From: Geobacter sulfurreducens PCA | Lineage (GTDB): Bacteria; Desulfobacterota; Desulfuromonadia; Geobacterales; Geobacteraceae | Direction: 5' to 3' | Assembly (NCBI RefSeq): GCF_000007985.2 | Contig: NC_002939.5 | Location: forward strand, 1,740,001-1,772,000 | DNA: 32,000 bases | Part shown: positions 1 through 10,561 of the stretch, in pieces | Layout of the letters: every line of letters starts with the position of its first letter | Position numbering within the stretch: position 1 is the stretch's first letter | Notes under the pieces: model-generated | Databases searched by the model: none | The model's input: only the letters and a program-made list of their open reading frames with translations | Told to the model about the DNA's origin: nothing | Translations under genes and position numbers: made by a program

Positions 1-469
1 CGATCCCGCCTGTGTGCGGGCCGCTATAGCTCGGAAGCAGTTTGCGCGAGCTTTCAAGGGGGAGGGCAGCGTTGCCCCTGTAGATGCGCTGATCGCCGAG
101 ATACGGTTACGTCTCGAGGAGCGGATAGCCTCTTATGTGGCCCTGGCCAACAAGGCGGGCAAGGTCGTGTCGGGCAGCGATACGGTGATGGAGCGCCTTC
201 GGCGCGGCGACCGGCTTGGCCTCGTGATTCTCACGGAAGATATTTCCGCTGATATCGGCGAAAAGGTGACTCACCTGGCCGAGCGATATCAGATACCCTG
301 TTATCATCTCTTGGACAAGGATCGGGTCGGCGCTCTTCTCGGCAAAGGATTGCGAAGTGTCGTCGCAATCGGGGAGAGCGGCTTTGTCCCGTCCATTCTG
401 AAAGAATTAGAACGCTACGGTAATTTCCTTGATGGGGGTGCGGTTGATGAGCAAAACCCACGTGTATGA
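1..469 (+). CDS. YlxR (DUF448)-like / L7Ae-family RNA-binding protein, 5'-truncated at the window edge
   Basis: The frame is open from base 2. [18 protein letters not shown] resembles the C-terminal end of YlxR/DUF448. It continues into an L7Ae/YlxQ-like segment ([32 protein letters not shown]). It lies directly upstream of infB, as in nusA-ylxR-ylxQ-infB operons. Stop TGA at 467-469. Confidence 0.7.
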   Translation, partial: DPACVRAAIARKQFARAFKGEGSVAPVDALIAEIRLRLEERIASYVALANKAGKVVSGSDTVMERLRRGDRLGLVILTEDISADIGEKVTHLAERYQIPCYHLLDKDRVGALLGKGLRSVVAIGESGFVPSILKELERYGNFLDGGAVDEQNPRV

Positions 470-3098
470 GCTGGCAAAGAAGATGGGTATTGAAAATAAG
501 GAGCTCCTTACCCGACTCAAGAGCCTTGGCATTGAGGTGAAAAACCACCTGTCGGTGCTGGAGGAAGACGAGATTTTGAAGGTAACCGCGCCGCCTGCCG
601 CTCCCCCGAAGAGTGGCCCCCAGGAAGAAGTCAGGGTGACGACAACCGTTATCCGCCGTCGCCGTGTGGCAGAGGCCGCTCCCGCAGAAACGCCGGTCGA
701 GGCCGTTGCACCTCCGGTTGAAAGTGCGCCTGCTCCGTTGGAAGTCGAGGCAGTCGAAGAGGCCGTCGTTCAGGCGCCGCCCGTAGTCGAGCCCCCCGTG
801 GCGCGAGAGTCCGAGGCCGCACCTGCGGAAGAACCGGTCGCCGCTGCCGTCAAACCTGCATCCGAGCCCCCGGTTGTGCAAAAGGCTCCGGTTGCGCCTG
901 CCGCACCTCCGGTTGATGACAAGCCGACGGCCAACAAGGCACGGATTCTTGGCCGGGTCGAGCTCCCCGGCATCACGACCCCCGCACCCAAGCCTGCGGA
1001 CAGACGTGAAGCAACAGCTCCCAAGAAACGGATCGAAGAGCGCATCATGACTCCCTCTCCGACCGATCGGCCGGCGCCGGCGGGCGACGACCGCCGCAAA
1101 GCGGGAACTCCTCCCCCGCCGCCCCGCAAGGGCAAGGAGTTCGTTGCTCCGGCCGAGCCTGAAAGGGGAGCCAAAAAACCCGGCGGAGGCGGTGCGGGCA
1201 AGAAAAAAGAAGCGTTCAAGAAGACTGAACTTCTCGAAAAGCGCGAACGGATTTTTGAGCCCGGGCCAAAGACGGGTAAAGGCAAGAAGCGCGAGAGGGA
1301 TATGGTTTCTCTCGGCAGAAAGACCGAGATTACGGTGCCCAAGGCAATCAAGCGGATCATCAAGATCTCCGAATCGATTACCGTGGGCGAACTGGCCAAG
1401 CGGATGGGGGTTAAGGCGACCGATCTTATCCGCGTCCTCATGAAAATGGGGATGATGGTCACCATAAACCATCCCCTTGACGTGGACACCGCCACCCTTG
1501 TTGCGTCCGAATTCGGGTACGAAATCGAGAACGTTGCAATCGATGTGGACGAAATGCTCGAATCGGTGCCCGATGCGCCCGAGAGCCTCACGAAGCGGCC
1601 GCCGGTGGTCACTATCATGGGACACGTCGATCACGGCAAGACGTCGCTTCTGGATGCAATTCGTGAAGCCAACGTCATCGCCGGCGAAGCCGGCGGCATC
1701 ACCCAGCACATCGGTGCCTACGACGTGGAGTTGAATGGCCGGAAGATCACCTTCCTCGATACGCCGGGCCACGAGGCATTTACTGCCATGCGCGCCCGCG
1801 GTGCCAAGGTCACTGACATCGTCATCCTCGTGGTGGCCGCCGATGACGGCGTGATGCCCCAGACCCGCGAGGCGGTGAACCACTCCAAGGCCGCCGGTGT
1901 TCCCATCATCGTTGCCATCAACAAGATCGACAAGCCCGAGGCAAAGCCCGAACGGGTGAAACAGGAGCTCATGGAATTCGGTCTGGTTTCCGAGGAGTGG
2001 GGTGGGGAGACCATCTTTGTCGAGGTTTCGGCGAAGAAGAGGATCAATCTCCCGGAACTGCTCGAAATGGTACTTCTCCAAGCCGACGTGATGGACTTGA
2101 AGGCCAATCCGGACAAAGACGCTCGCGGCACCATCGTGGAGGCTAAGCTCGACCGCGGCCGCGGCCCTGTTGCCACGGTGCTCGTTCAGGAAGGAACGCT
2201 TAAGATCGGTGATTACTTCGTGGCCGGCGTCAACTCGGGAAGAGTCCGTGCCATGCAGAACGATCGGGGCGATAAGGTCAACGAAGCCGGCCCCTCCATG
2301 CCGGTGGAAGTTATCGGCTTCACCGGGGTCCCTGATGCGGGCGACGTGTTTATCAGTCTTGTCGACGAGAAGCGTGCCAAGGAAATCGCCTCCCATCGTC
2401 AGCAGAAGCTTCGTGAAACCGAACTTGCCAAGCACAGCAAAATGTCGCTGGAGCAGCTCTACGACAAGATCCAGAAGGGCGAGGTCAAGGATCTCAATGC
2501 CATCGTCAAGGCCGACGTTCAGGGGTCCGTGGAGGCTGTTTCGGAGTCATTGCGCAAGCTCTCCACCGACGCCGTGCGGCTGAACGTCATCCATTCCTCG
2601 GTCGGCGCCATTACCGAAACCGACGTGAACCTGGCCTCGGCGTCCAACGCCATCATCCTCGGCTTCAACGTCCGGCCCGAGCCGAAGGCATCCGCCCATG
2701 CCGAGAAGGAAGGGGTCGATATCCGTCTCTATAACATCATCTACGATGCTGTGGAGGACATCAAAAAGGCCATGGAGGGACTCCTCGAGCCAACCTTGCG
2801 CGAGAAGTATCTGGGACGGGCAGAGGTCCGGGAAGTTTTCTCTGTGCCCAAGGTCGGCAACGTGGCGGGTTGCTACATCCAGGACGGCAAGATGATCCGC
2901 AACGCCCAAGTGCGGCTGCTGCGGGACAATGTGGTCATCTACGAAGGCAAGATGTCCAGTCTGCGCCGCTTCAAGGACGATGTCAAAGAGGTGGCCACCG
3001 GCTACGAGTGCGGTATCGGCCTTGAGAACTACAACGACATCAAGGTTGGTGACGTCATCGAGGATTTCGAGATCGAGAAGATCGCCACCACCCTGTAG
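447..3098 (+). CDS. infB: translation initiation factor IF-2
   Basis: GTPase motifs [14 protein letters not shown] and NKID, with an IF-2 N-terminus [17 protein letters not shown] 447 lies 8 nt after the GGGGGTG Shine-Dalgarno; the ORF track begins at TTG 429. The N-terminal linker is Pro/Ala/Glu-rich. Confidence 0.95.
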   Translation: MSKTHVYELAKKMGIENKELLTRLKSLGIEVKNHLSVLEEDEILKVTAPPAAPPKSGPQEEVRVTTTVIRRRRVAEAAPAETPVEAVAPPVESAPAPLEVEAVEEAVVQAPPVVEPPVARESEAAPAEEPVAAAVKPASEPPVVQKAPVAPAAPPVDDKPTANKARILGRVELPGITTPAPKPADRREATAPKKRIEERIMTPSPTDRPAPAGDDRRKAGTPPPPPRKGKEFVAPAEPERGAKKPGGGGAGKKKEAFKKTELLEKRERIFEPGPKTGKGKKRERDMVSLGRKTEITVPKAIKRIIKISESITVGELAKRMGVKATDLIRVLMKMGMMVTINHPLDVDTATLVASEFGYEIENVAIDVDEMLESVPDAPESLTKRPPVVTIMGHVDHGKTSLLDAIREANVIAGEAGGITQHIGAYDVELNGRKITFLDTPGHEAFTAMRARGAKVTDIVILVVAADDGVMPQTREAVNHSKAAGVPIIVAINKIDKPEAKPERVKQELMEFGLVSEEWGGETIFVEVSAKKRINLPELLEMVLLQADVMDLKANPDKDARGTIVEAKLDRGRGPVATVLVQEGTLKIGDYFVAGVNSGRVRAMQNDRGDKVNEAGPSMPVEVIGFTGVPDAGDVFISLVDEKRAKEIASHRQQKLRETELAKHSKMSLEQLYDKIQKGEVKDLNAIVKADVQGSVEAVSESLRKLSTDAVRLNVIHSSVGAITETDVNLASASNAIILGFNVRPEPKASAHAEKEGVDIRLYNIIYDAVEDIKKAMEGLLEPTLREKYLGRAEVREVFSVPKVGNVAGCYIQDGKMIRNAQVRLLRDNVVIYEGKMSSLRRFKDDVKEVATGYECGIGLENYNDIKVGDVIEDFEIEKIATTL

Positions 3099-3159
3099 AA
3101 AGGGAACAAGTATGCGCACGACGGTTCCGTAGTCCGTTGACCGCCGTGCGCTCCGGGCC

Positions 3160-3522
3160 GTGCCTATGTTCAACCGTTCTGAAAAAGTAGCCGAGGCGAT
3201 CCATGAGCTCGTGTCGGGGCTTATCGTCAAGGGGATGAAGGATCCGCGCATCGGGTTCATCACCATTACCGGCGTAAAAGTTACCGATGACATACGCCAG
3301 GCGACCATCTATTACACGGTCATGGGTGATGACGAAGCCAGGGTCTCGACGGCGCGCGGGCTTGCAAGTGCAACCGGCTTCCTGCGCCGGGAGATCGGAA
3401 AGCAGCTCAGGCTCAAATTCGCACCGGAGCTTCACTTCAAATACGACCAGTCAATTGAGTACGGCAACCGGATCGATCAACTGCTGAAAGAAATCGAGAC
3501 TGAGAAAGGTTCCGATGATTGA
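3160..3522 (+). CDS. rbfA: ribosome-binding factor A
   Basis: 120 aa with an RbfA-like sequence (RSEKVAEAIHELVSGLI, DPRIGFITITGVKVTDD, ATIYYTV), in the position after infB. Start is GTG 3160 or ATG 3166. Confidence 0.9.
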   Translation: MPMFNRSEKVAEAIHELVSGLIVKGMKDPRIGFITITGVKVTDDIRQATIYYTVMGDDEARVSTARGLASATGFLRREIGKQLRLKFAPELHFKYDQSIEYGNRIDQLLKEIETEKGSDD

Positions 3523-4465
3523 AAGCATTCTTCGTGAAATTCGGATTCACCGTAGTTTTTTGATCACCACTCACGAGAATCCTGACGGCGATGCGGTCGG
3601 GTCGTCCCTTGCCCTTGCAGGTTACCTCAAACGCTTGGGCAAGGATGTTACCGTACATTTCTGTGATCCCGTGCCCGAGTTGTACCGTTTTCTCCCCTTG
3701 GCCGACAGTGTCCGACAGGATCTGCCGGATCAGGATTTCGACGTGTGCTTTGTTCTCGATGTGGGGGAATTTCGCCGAGCCGGCAAACTGGTGAACGAGT
3801 GCCGCCGCATCGGCATGTTCATCAATATTGACCACCACCTCACCTGTGACCGTTTCGGTACCATCAATTACATAGATTCCGCAGCCGCAGCCAGCGGGGT
3901 ACTGGTCTACCGCCTTATCAAGGCCGCCGGTCACGACATCGACTACGATACGGCCCTGGCACTCTATACTTCCATAATCACCGATACCGGTTCTTTCCGC
4001 TACTCGAACGCAAATCCCGAAGCCTTCGCCATTGCGGGTGAGTTGGTCGCCACGGGCATCAATACGTGGTCCATTGCCGAGAAACTCTATGAAAGCCAGC
4101 CGCGCCAGCGTCTGGAGCTTCTTGCGCTGGCCCTTTCGACGCTTTCTTTCTCCGCCAACGGGGATTGCGCCTCAATCACCGTGACCCTTGACATGTACGA
4201 GAAGGTTGGCGCCTGTGCCGAACTGACCGACGGTTTCGTCAACTACCCCCGTTCCATCAGGGGGGTGGAAGTCGCGGTTTTCTTCCGCGAGATCCAGCCC
4301 CATCTGTTCAAGGTCGGATTCCGTTCCAAGGGCAAGATCGATGTGTCGAGCCTTGCCGCAGCCTTTGGCGGCGGCGGGCACCACAATGCGGCCGGTTGTA
4401 CCCTGACCGGTGATTTGGCCGAAGTCAGAAAGCAGGTTTTCGACCATCTGGAGACTGCTCTCTGA
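3515..4465 (+). CDS. nrnA: DHH/DHHA1-family phosphoesterase (NrnA-like oligoribonuclease / pAp phosphatase)
   Basis: Motifs HENPDGDAVGS, NIDHH, ITDTGSFRY and GGGGHHNAAG. The ATG overlaps the rbfA stop (ATGATTGA). Confidence 0.85.
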   Translation: MIESILREIRIHRSFLITTHENPDGDAVGSSLALAGYLKRLGKDVTVHFCDPVPELYRFLPLADSVRQDLPDQDFDVCFVLDVGEFRRAGKLVNECRRIGMFINIDHHLTCDRFGTINYIDSAAAASGVLVYRLIKAAGHDIDYDTALALYTSIITDTGSFRYSNANPEAFAIAGELVATGINTWSIAEKLYESQPRQRLELLALALSTLSFSANGDCASITVTLDMYEKVGACAELTDGFVNYPRSIRGVEVAVFFREIQPHLFKVGFRSKGKIDVSSLAAAFGGGGHHNAAGCTLTGDLAEVRKQVFDHLETAL

Positions 4466-4470
4466 TTTTC

Positions 4471-5385
4471 ATGGACGGCTTTATCGTCATCGACAAACCG
4501 ATCGGTCTCACCTCCCATGATGTGGTTGCGAGAGTCAGGCAAACCCTTCGGCAGAAGAAGGCCGGTCACACCGGCACGCTTGATCCATTCGCCACCGGCG
4601 TTCTACCGGTTGCTGTCGGCGAGGGGACAAAAGCGATTCCCTATCTGGATGAATCAACCAAAGTATACCGTGCCACGCTGATCCTTGGCGCTGCCACTGA
4701 TACCCAGGACCACACCGGTCAGGTTGTTCATGCCGGCGACTGGCGGCACCTGGAGCCTCAGTCAGTTCGTGATGTCGTTTCCTCGTTCACGGGCAAACTC
4801 AGCCAGCTGCCCCCCATGTTTTCGGCCCTCAAGCGTGATGGCGTCCCCCTTTACAAACTCGCCCGCACTGGCAGGGAAGTCGAGCGCGAACGCCGTGAGA
4901 TAGAGGTTTTCTCATTGGTTGTCGACTCGATTGATCTGCCGTTGGTGACGTTTACCCTGTCCTGCTCGCGCGGGACCTATGTCCGGACACTGGCCCACGA
5001 CATGGGTGAGCGTCTTGGCTGCGGTGCTCACCTGACGGAGTTGCGCCGGTTGAGCAGCGGCCCCTTCAATCTGGACCGGGCTATATCCCTTGAACGGCTT
5101 AAAGAGCTGGCAGAAGCCGGCAACCTTGCCGATGTCCTTGTGTCGCCATCCGACGCCCTGGGTCATCTTCATGCATTGCCGCTCACCGCCCAGGGAGCTG
5201 AACGTGTCAGGCGCGGCATGCCCCCTTGCCGTGAGGATGTTGAGCATGGGGCGGGTACGGGAATACCGGCGGGGACACGTCTGCGTTTGCTGAGAGACGG
5301 AATTGTTGTTGCTGTGGCGGATTCTCTTGCCGGTCTTTGGTCCAGTGATACCAAAAACCTAAGACTTTTAAGGGTGTTTAACTAG
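4471..5385 (+). CDS. truB: tRNA pseudouridine(55) synthase
   Basis: IVIDKPIGLTSHDVV plus the HTGTLDPFATGVLPV catalytic-Asp motif; conserved position before rpsO. Confidence 0.93.
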   Translation: MDGFIVIDKPIGLTSHDVVARVRQTLRQKKAGHTGTLDPFATGVLPVAVGEGTKAIPYLDESTKVYRATLILGAATDTQDHTGQVVHAGDWRHLEPQSVRDVVSSFTGKLSQLPPMFSALKRDGVPLYKLARTGREVERERREIEVFSLVVDSIDLPLVTFTLSCSRGTYVRTLAHDMGERLGCGAHLTELRRLSSGPFNLDRAISLERLKELAEAGNLADVLVSPSDALGHLHALPLTAQGAERVRRGMPPCREDVEHGAGTGIPAGTRLRLLRDGIVVAVADSLAGLWSSDTKNLRLLRVFN

Positions 5386-5508
5386 GTTTTCCCCTTTACA
5401 CGGCGCACCCTTTGTGGTACAAACACACTTTGCTGATCGTTCTGGCGCAGCAGTGCGCCGCCATGCATCACATACTCATAATCCCTTAGTAAAGGAGGTG
5501 TAGCAAAC

Positions 5509-5775
5509 GTGCTGGTGACTGACAAAAAGAAAGAGATTATCACAACCCACAAGCTTCACGACAGTGATACGGGCTCTCCCGAGGTGCAGATCGCGCTTCT
5601 TACCGAGCGGATCATCTATCTTACCGAGCACTTCAAGGTGCACAAGAAGGATCACCACAGCCGCCGCGGACTTCTGAAGATCGTCGGCCAGAGAAGAAGG
5701 CTCCTCGATTACCTCAAGAAGAAAGACGTCGAGAGGTATCGGTCGATCATCGAGAAGCTCGGCATTCGTCGCTAA
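5509..5775 (+). CDS. rpsO: 30S ribosomal protein S15
   Basis: 88 aa, S15-like throughout ([34 protein letters not shown]). GTG start lies 8 nt after AAAGGAGGTG (5491-5500). Confidence 0.95.
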   Translation: MLVTDKKKEIITTHKLHDSDTGSPEVQIALLTERIIYLTEHFKVHKKDHHSRRGLLKIVGQRRRLLDYLKKKDVERYRSIIEKLGIRR

Positions 5776-5778
5776 GAT

Positions 5779-5822
5779 GAGGCAGTATACTCCGCGCCGG
5801 GGTATATTGCCTCTCCTTTTTC
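5779..5822 (+). terminator. rho-independent terminator/attenuator after rpsO
   Basis: 12-bp stem GAGGCAGTATAC (5779-5790) / GTATATTGCCTC (5802-5813) with one G-U pair and an 11-nt loop, followed by TCCTTTTTCT. Confidence 0.6.
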
Positions 5823-5910
5823 TGCCCTTTATCTTCACTGTCGTGCCATGCGATCGTCGTCGCTTCCAGGCAGAACAGTGCGGATAATGTGGTGCTAGCG
5901 TTTTTTGGAG

Positions 5911-5937
5911 ATGGGCCTGATGGCCCATTTATTTTGT
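5911..5937 (+). terminator. small hairpin plus T-tract in the rpsO-pnp spacer (second attenuator candidate)
   Basis: ATGGGCC (5911-5917), loop tgat, GGCCCAT (5922-5928), followed by TTATTTTGT. Confidence 0.35.
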
Positions 5938-5942
5938 CTGTT

Positions 5943-5996
5943 GGGGGCGTGGATGGAACGACTGATTGCATTCTCAGTCGCTCCATCGACGGCCCC
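5943..5996 (+). promoter_or_regulatory. long imperfect stem-loop in the pnp 5' leader (candidate RNase III / PNPase autoregulation hairpin)
   Basis: The 23-nt arms 5943-5965 and 5974-5996 are complementary at 20 of 23 positions, with an 8-nt loop TTGCATTC. The hairpin ends 37 nt before the pnp start. Confidence 0.5.
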
Positions 5997-6033
5997 AACG
6001 CACCTATTTTCACAGGCTGGGAGGCCAATGAAC

Positions 6034-8142
6034 ATGATGGAACACACTATGACTGAACACAAGGTTAACGTAGAATTCGGTGGGCGGACCATAACGATCG
6101 CAACGGGCAAGTGGGCCAAGCAGGCTAGTGGCGCCGTGGTGGTTAGTTGCGGGGACACCGTGGTTCTCGTGACTGCCGTAGCAACCAAATCGGCCCGGGA
6201 AGGACAGGACTTTTTCCCTCTGACGGTGAATTATCAGGAGAAAGCGTATGCCGGCGGCAAGATTCCCGGCGGCTTCTTCAAGCGCGAAGGGCGTCCCTCC
6301 GACAACGAGACTCTCACGTCCCGCTTTATCGATCGTCCGATCCGTCCGCTTTTCCCTGAGAGTTTTCTGAACGATACCCAGATTATGGCAACTGTCGTCT
6401 CGGCGGACCAGGATAATGATCCCGGCATCCTTGCCATGATCGGCGCATCTGCCGCCCTTGAGGTCTCCGATATTCCGTTCCTCGGCCCCATCGCCGGCGT
6501 CAAGGTTGGGCGCGTGGACGGCCAGTTTGTATGCAATCCCACGGTAGAGCAACTGGAGAAAAGCGATCTTGAAATCGTTGTTGCGGCGAGCCGCGATGCG
6601 GTCATCATGGTAGAGGGGGGGGCTGCAGAGGCGTCCGAAAAGGATGTCCTGGAAGCTATTTTCTTCGGTCACGCCGCTGTTCAGCCGATTATCGAGGCCC
6701 AAACCGATCTCCGGAAGCTGGCTGGCGTTCCCAAGCGCGAGGTTGCGGCCACGTCTGTTGATGAGGCCCTGAAGACTCGGGTGAAGGATCTTGCCTATGC
6801 CGGGATCAAGGAGGCCGTCCGGATCGTCGCCAAGCAGGAGCGTCACAACCGCATCGGCGAGATCACCGCGCAAACCCTTGAAACACTTCTGCCCGAGTAT
6901 GAAGGACGTGAGTCGGAGATTAAGGGGTTCCTCGGCGACTTCGAGTATGAACTCGTCCGTGAGCATATCATCAAGGACGGCTACCGCATTGACGGTCGGG
7001 ACACCACAACTATCCGTCCTATCAGCATTGAGGTCAGCATGTTGCCGCGTGCCCACGGCTCCGCTCTCTTCACTCGTGGTGAAACCCAGGCGCTCGTGGC
7101 ATCGACTCTCGGGACTTCCATTGACGAGCAGCGGATTGATTCACTGTACGGCGAGACCCGCAAGCGCTTCCTCCTTCACTACAACTTCCCGCCGTTCTCG
7201 GTCGGGGAAACGAGCTTCCGTCTCGCTCCGGGCCGGCGCGAAATCGGCCACGGCATGCTGGCCGAAAGAGCTCTTGAGCGCGTCGTGCCCAAGCACGAGG
7301 ATTTTCCGTACACCATCAGAATTGTCTCCGATATCCTCGAGAGCAACGGTTCCTCCTCCATGGCAACCGTGTGCGGCGGCGCACTGGCGATGATGGATGC
7401 AGGCGTGCCGATCAAGGCTCCGGTGGCCGGTATCGCCATGGGCCTCATCAAGGAAGGGGAGGGCATCGCCATCCTTTCCGACATTCTCGGTGATGAGGAT
7501 CATCTTGGCGATATGGATTTCAAGGTGGCCGGCACCGAAGCAGGGGTAACCGCCATCCAGATGGACATCAAGATCACCGGTGTCACCCGCGAGATCATGG
7601 AGAAAGCCTTGCTGCAGGCCCGTGACGGCAGACTCCATATCCTGGGCAAGATGAATCAGGCCATTGCCGCTCCGCGGACTGATCTCTCACCCTATGCTCC
7701 CCGCATCACCACCATCTGGGTCAAGACCGACAAGATCCGCGACGTCATCGGGTCAGGAGGAAAGAATATCCGCGGCATCACCGAGGCGACCGGCGTATCC
7801 ATCGATATCGAGGACAGCGGCCGCATCAATATTGCCAGCACCAGCAAAGAAGCCTGCGACAAGGCTATCAAGATGATCCGCGACCTCACGGCCGAGGCCG
7901 AAGAGGGTAAGCTCTACATGGGCACCGTCAAAAAAGTCATGGATTTTGGCGCATTCGTGGAGATATTCCCCGGCACCGACGGACTTGTCCATATATCCGA
8001 ACTGGATACCGAGCGTGTGAAGAACGTGACCGACGTTCTCAATGAGGGTGACAAGGTGCTGGTGAAGTGTATCGGCATAGACAAGCAGGGCAAGATAAAG
8101 CTGTCGCGGAAAGAGGCGCTCGGCGCCGTACTGCCCGAATAG
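6034..8142 (+). CDS. pnp: polyribonucleotide nucleotidyltransferase (PNPase)
   Basis: Two RNase PH-like halves, a KH motif ([10 protein letters not shown]) and an S1 domain ([18 protein letters not shown]). GGGAGG at 6019-6024 favours ATG 6034. In-frame alternatives are ATG 6028, 6037 and 6049. The ORF-track start at 5905 lies inside the structured leader and is not credible. Confidence 0.93.
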   Translation: MMEHTMTEHKVNVEFGGRTITIATGKWAKQASGAVVVSCGDTVVLVTAVATKSAREGQDFFPLTVNYQEKAYAGGKIPGGFFKREGRPSDNETLTSRFIDRPIRPLFPESFLNDTQIMATVVSADQDNDPGILAMIGASAALEVSDIPFLGPIAGVKVGRVDGQFVCNPTVEQLEKSDLEIVVAASRDAVIMVEGGAAEASEKDVLEAIFFGHAAVQPIIEAQTDLRKLAGVPKREVAATSVDEALKTRVKDLAYAGIKEAVRIVAKQERHNRIGEITAQTLETLLPEYEGRESEIKGFLGDFEYELVREHIIKDGYRIDGRDTTTIRPISIEVSMLPRAHGSALFTRGETQALVASTLGTSIDEQRIDSLYGETRKRFLLHYNFPPFSVGETSFRLAPGRREIGHGMLAERALERVVPKHEDFPYTIRIVSDILESNGSSSMATVCGGALAMMDAGVPIKAPVAGIAMGLIKEGEGIAILSDILGDEDHLGDMDFKVAGTEAGVTAIQMDIKITGVTREIMEKALLQARDGRLHILGKMNQAIAAPRTDLSPYAPRITTIWVKTDKIRDVIGSGGKNIRGITEATGVSIDIEDSGRINIASTSKEACDKAIKMIRDLTAEAEEGKLYMGTVKKVMDFGAFVEIFPGTDGLVHISELDTERVKNVTDVLNEGDKVLVKCIGIDKQGKIKLSRKEALGAVLPE

Positions 8143-8151
8143 GGCCGGCGC

Positions 8152-8160
8152 TGGTATAAT
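8152..8160 (+). promoter_or_regulatory. candidate extended -10 promoter element (TGGTATAAT) in the pnp / M16 peptidase gap
   Basis: Perfect TATAAT at 8155-8160, preceded by TGG (TGn extended -10). There is no good -35. Confidence 0.3.
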
Positions 8161-8186
8161 CCTCCAACCGGGGTATAGTTTTATCT

Positions 8187-9443
8187 ATGGTCAATAAAAC
8201 AATCCTCGACAATGGCGTGCGGATCATCTCTGAGTACATGCCCCACGTCCATTCTGTCTCCATTGGTATCTGGGTGGCCAACGGCTCCCGCCATGAACGG
8301 CGGGAGCACAATGGCGTCGCTCACTTTGTCGAGCACCTGATGTTCAAGGGAACTGAACGGCGCAACGCCCTCGATATCGCACGCGAAATCGATTCGGTAG
8401 GCGGCGTGCTTAATGCATTCACGAGCCGCGAGTACGTCTGTTATTACGCCAAGGTCCTCGACAAATTCCTTCCCAAAACCATTGATCTTCTTGCCGACAT
8501 CTTTCTCAATTCAATCTTTGACTCCGAAGAGATTGAGAAGGAGCGGAAGGTGGTTCTCCAGGAAATCAACATGCTGGAGGATACACCGGATGATTACGTC
8601 CACGATCTGTTCCACCGAAGCTTCTGGCGGGGGCATCCCCTCGGCATGTCGATTCTCGGCAGCGTAGAGAGCATCGAAGGACTTTCCCGGGAAGCGATCA
8701 TTACTCACCTGAAAGAGAAATACCGCTCCGACGACATTATCATTGCCGTGGCCGGCAACGTACGCCACGACGAACTCCTGAGCCTGGTGGATGGTCTTTT
8801 CGGGCGGGTGCCCGAGGGCTCTGGCCGGGATATCTGCCATCTGCCTGCCTACGAAAAACAGGTCGAAGTGGTGGAGAAGGATTTGGAGCAGGTTCACATC
8901 TGTCTCGGCACCAAGGCCTTCCCTCAGAATCATCCTCGACGATTCGAAGTCTACCTGGTCAATACGCTCCTCGGCGGCAGCATGAGCTCCCGGTTGTTCC
9001 AGGAGATCCGTGAACGGCTGGGGCTTGCCTATTCGGTCTATTCGTACGTGGTTTCCCACACTGATGCAGGCTCACTGGTTGTCTATGTCGGAACAAGTCC
9101 GGAAAAACTCGATGACGTGCTCGATATTACTGTTGCAGAGCTGAAGCGTCTGAAGACGGAACTTGTACCGCTCCCCGAGTTGGAGTCGGCCAAGGAACAG
9201 ATAAAAGGCAGCATTTATCTTTCGTTGGAAAGCTCTGACAACAGAATGACCAAACTCGCGAAAAACGAAATTTATTTTGGACGTTACATCCCCATCCATG
9301 AGTTGGCGGATGGATTCGACTCCGTGACGAGTCGAGGAATTCTCGAACTTGCCGGCGAGATTTTCGACGAGCGCTATCTGACCCTCGCCCTCATGGGCAA
9401 GATTGACAGTGCTGCGTTTGATGTTTCGCGGCTTGCGCTCTAG
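8187..9443 (+). CDS. M16 (pitrilysin) family zinc peptidase
   Basis: Inverted zincin motif [10 protein letters not shown] (HxxEH) and an M16-like N-terminus ([21 protein letters not shown]). 418 aa. Confidence 0.85.
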
Positions 9444-9454
9444 GCGGCCGGTAC

Positions 9455-9904
9455 ATGCAGCCTTGTCTGGTAAAGATTCGTCGAATACGGTCCGGTTCGG
9501 ACCTCCCTCTTCCCCGCTATATGACTCCTCACGCCGCTGGTATGGACCTGTGTGCCGATGTGGATGCGGATCTGGTGCTTGAACCGGGAGAACGGGCGCT
9601 TGTTCCCACCGGCATTGCCATAGCCCTGCCCGATGGTTTTGAGGCGCAGATCAGGCCACGAAGCGGTCTTGCCCTCAAGCACGGAATTGCCCTCGTCAAC
9701 TCGCCGGGCACCATTGATCCCGACTATCGGGGCGAGATCGGCGTAATCATTGTTAATCACGGTGCAGACGCCTTTGTCGTAAGGCGAGGTGAACGGATCG
9801 CCCAGATGGTATTTGCGCCCTTTGTGCGGGCTGAACTTCTGGATGTGGATGAACTGGATGAGACCGCCCGGGGTGACGGGGGCTTCGGTCACACCGGGCG
9901 GTAA
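9455..9904 (+). CDS. dut: dUTP diphosphatase
   Basis: dUTPase motifs [30 protein letters not shown] and [10 protein letters not shown]. Confidence 0.93.
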
Positions 9905-9948
9905 TCCTGGAAAATAGAGTGTACTGCTGTCTCTGACGGAGATATGTC

Positions 9949-10560
9949 ATGCTTCTCTCCATTAATCCCGACAATCCGCAGGCACGACTTATCTCCCACG
10001 TGGCTGAGGTTCTTGGTCGTGGCGGGGTCATCGCGTACCCGACCGACACGACCTATGGGATCGGTTGCAGCATCTTCAGTAAGAAGGGGATCGAACGAAT
10101 TTATCTTCTCAAGCAAAGGGAGAAGAAGAAGCCCTTTTCCTTTATCTGTTCGGAACTCTCAGAGGTTGCTCGTTACGCCAAGGTCAGTAATTACGCCTAC
10201 AAAATCCTGAAGCGGTATTTGCCGGGACCCTACACTTTTGTAATCGATGCAACAAGCGTAGTCCCTGATCTGCTGGTGACCAAGCAGAAGACGGTCGGTA
10301 TTCGAATCCCTGACAACCGGATATGTATTGCGCTCGTCAAGGAGTTGGGGCACCCGATCGTCACCACCAGCGCAAATCTCTCGGGAGAAGAACCCATCGG
10401 CGATCCGCTGGAAGTCGAGCGAACACTGGGAAAGCAGCTCGATCTCGTCGTGGACGGCGGGAATCTCACCGCCGACGTCAGTTCGGTTGTGAGTCTGATC
10501 GGTGATTATCCCCAGGTGTTGCGCCGCGGGATCGGCGATGTGAGCTGGTGCGGCGAATAG
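9949..10560 (+). CDS. yciO: Sua5/YciO/YrdC-family protein, YciO-like
   Basis: INPDNPQARLI, GGVIAYPTDTTYGIGC, LPGPYTFV, KTVGIRIP, TTSAN and RRGIGDV closely parallel E. coli YciO as I remember it. The single-domain length (203 aa) means there is no Sua5 C-terminal domain. Confidence 0.8.
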   Translation: MLLSINPDNPQARLISHVAEVLGRGGVIAYPTDTTYGIGCSIFSKKGIERIYLLKQREKKKPFSFICSELSEVARYAKVSNYAYKILKRYLPGPYTFVIDATSVVPDLLVTKQKTVGIRIPDNRICIALVKELGHPIVTTSANLSGEEPIGDPLEVERTLGKQLDLVVDGGNLTADVSSVVSLIGDYPQVLRRGIGDVSWCGE

Positions 10561-10561
10561 C

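Noticed and set aside
231-2435. 734-aa ORF antisense to infB, the longest alternative ORF in the window.
   Set aside because: The translation is Arg/Gly/Leu-rich low complexity with no recognisable motifs. The sense strand encodes an unmistakable IF-2. Long antisense ORFs are expected in genomes of about 60% GC because stop codons are AT-rich.
5905-6033. ORF-track N-terminal extensions: pnp from 5905, plsX from 11862, fabD from 13882, fabG from 14768, rpiB from 17213, the exported protein from 19177, and gpmA from 25960.
   Set aside because: The extensions overlap upstream genes or structured leaders, are not family-like, and lack a Shine-Dalgarno. The downstream starts give canonical N-termini and most have a recognisable Shine-Dalgarno (gpmA instead overlaps the upstream stop as ATGA).
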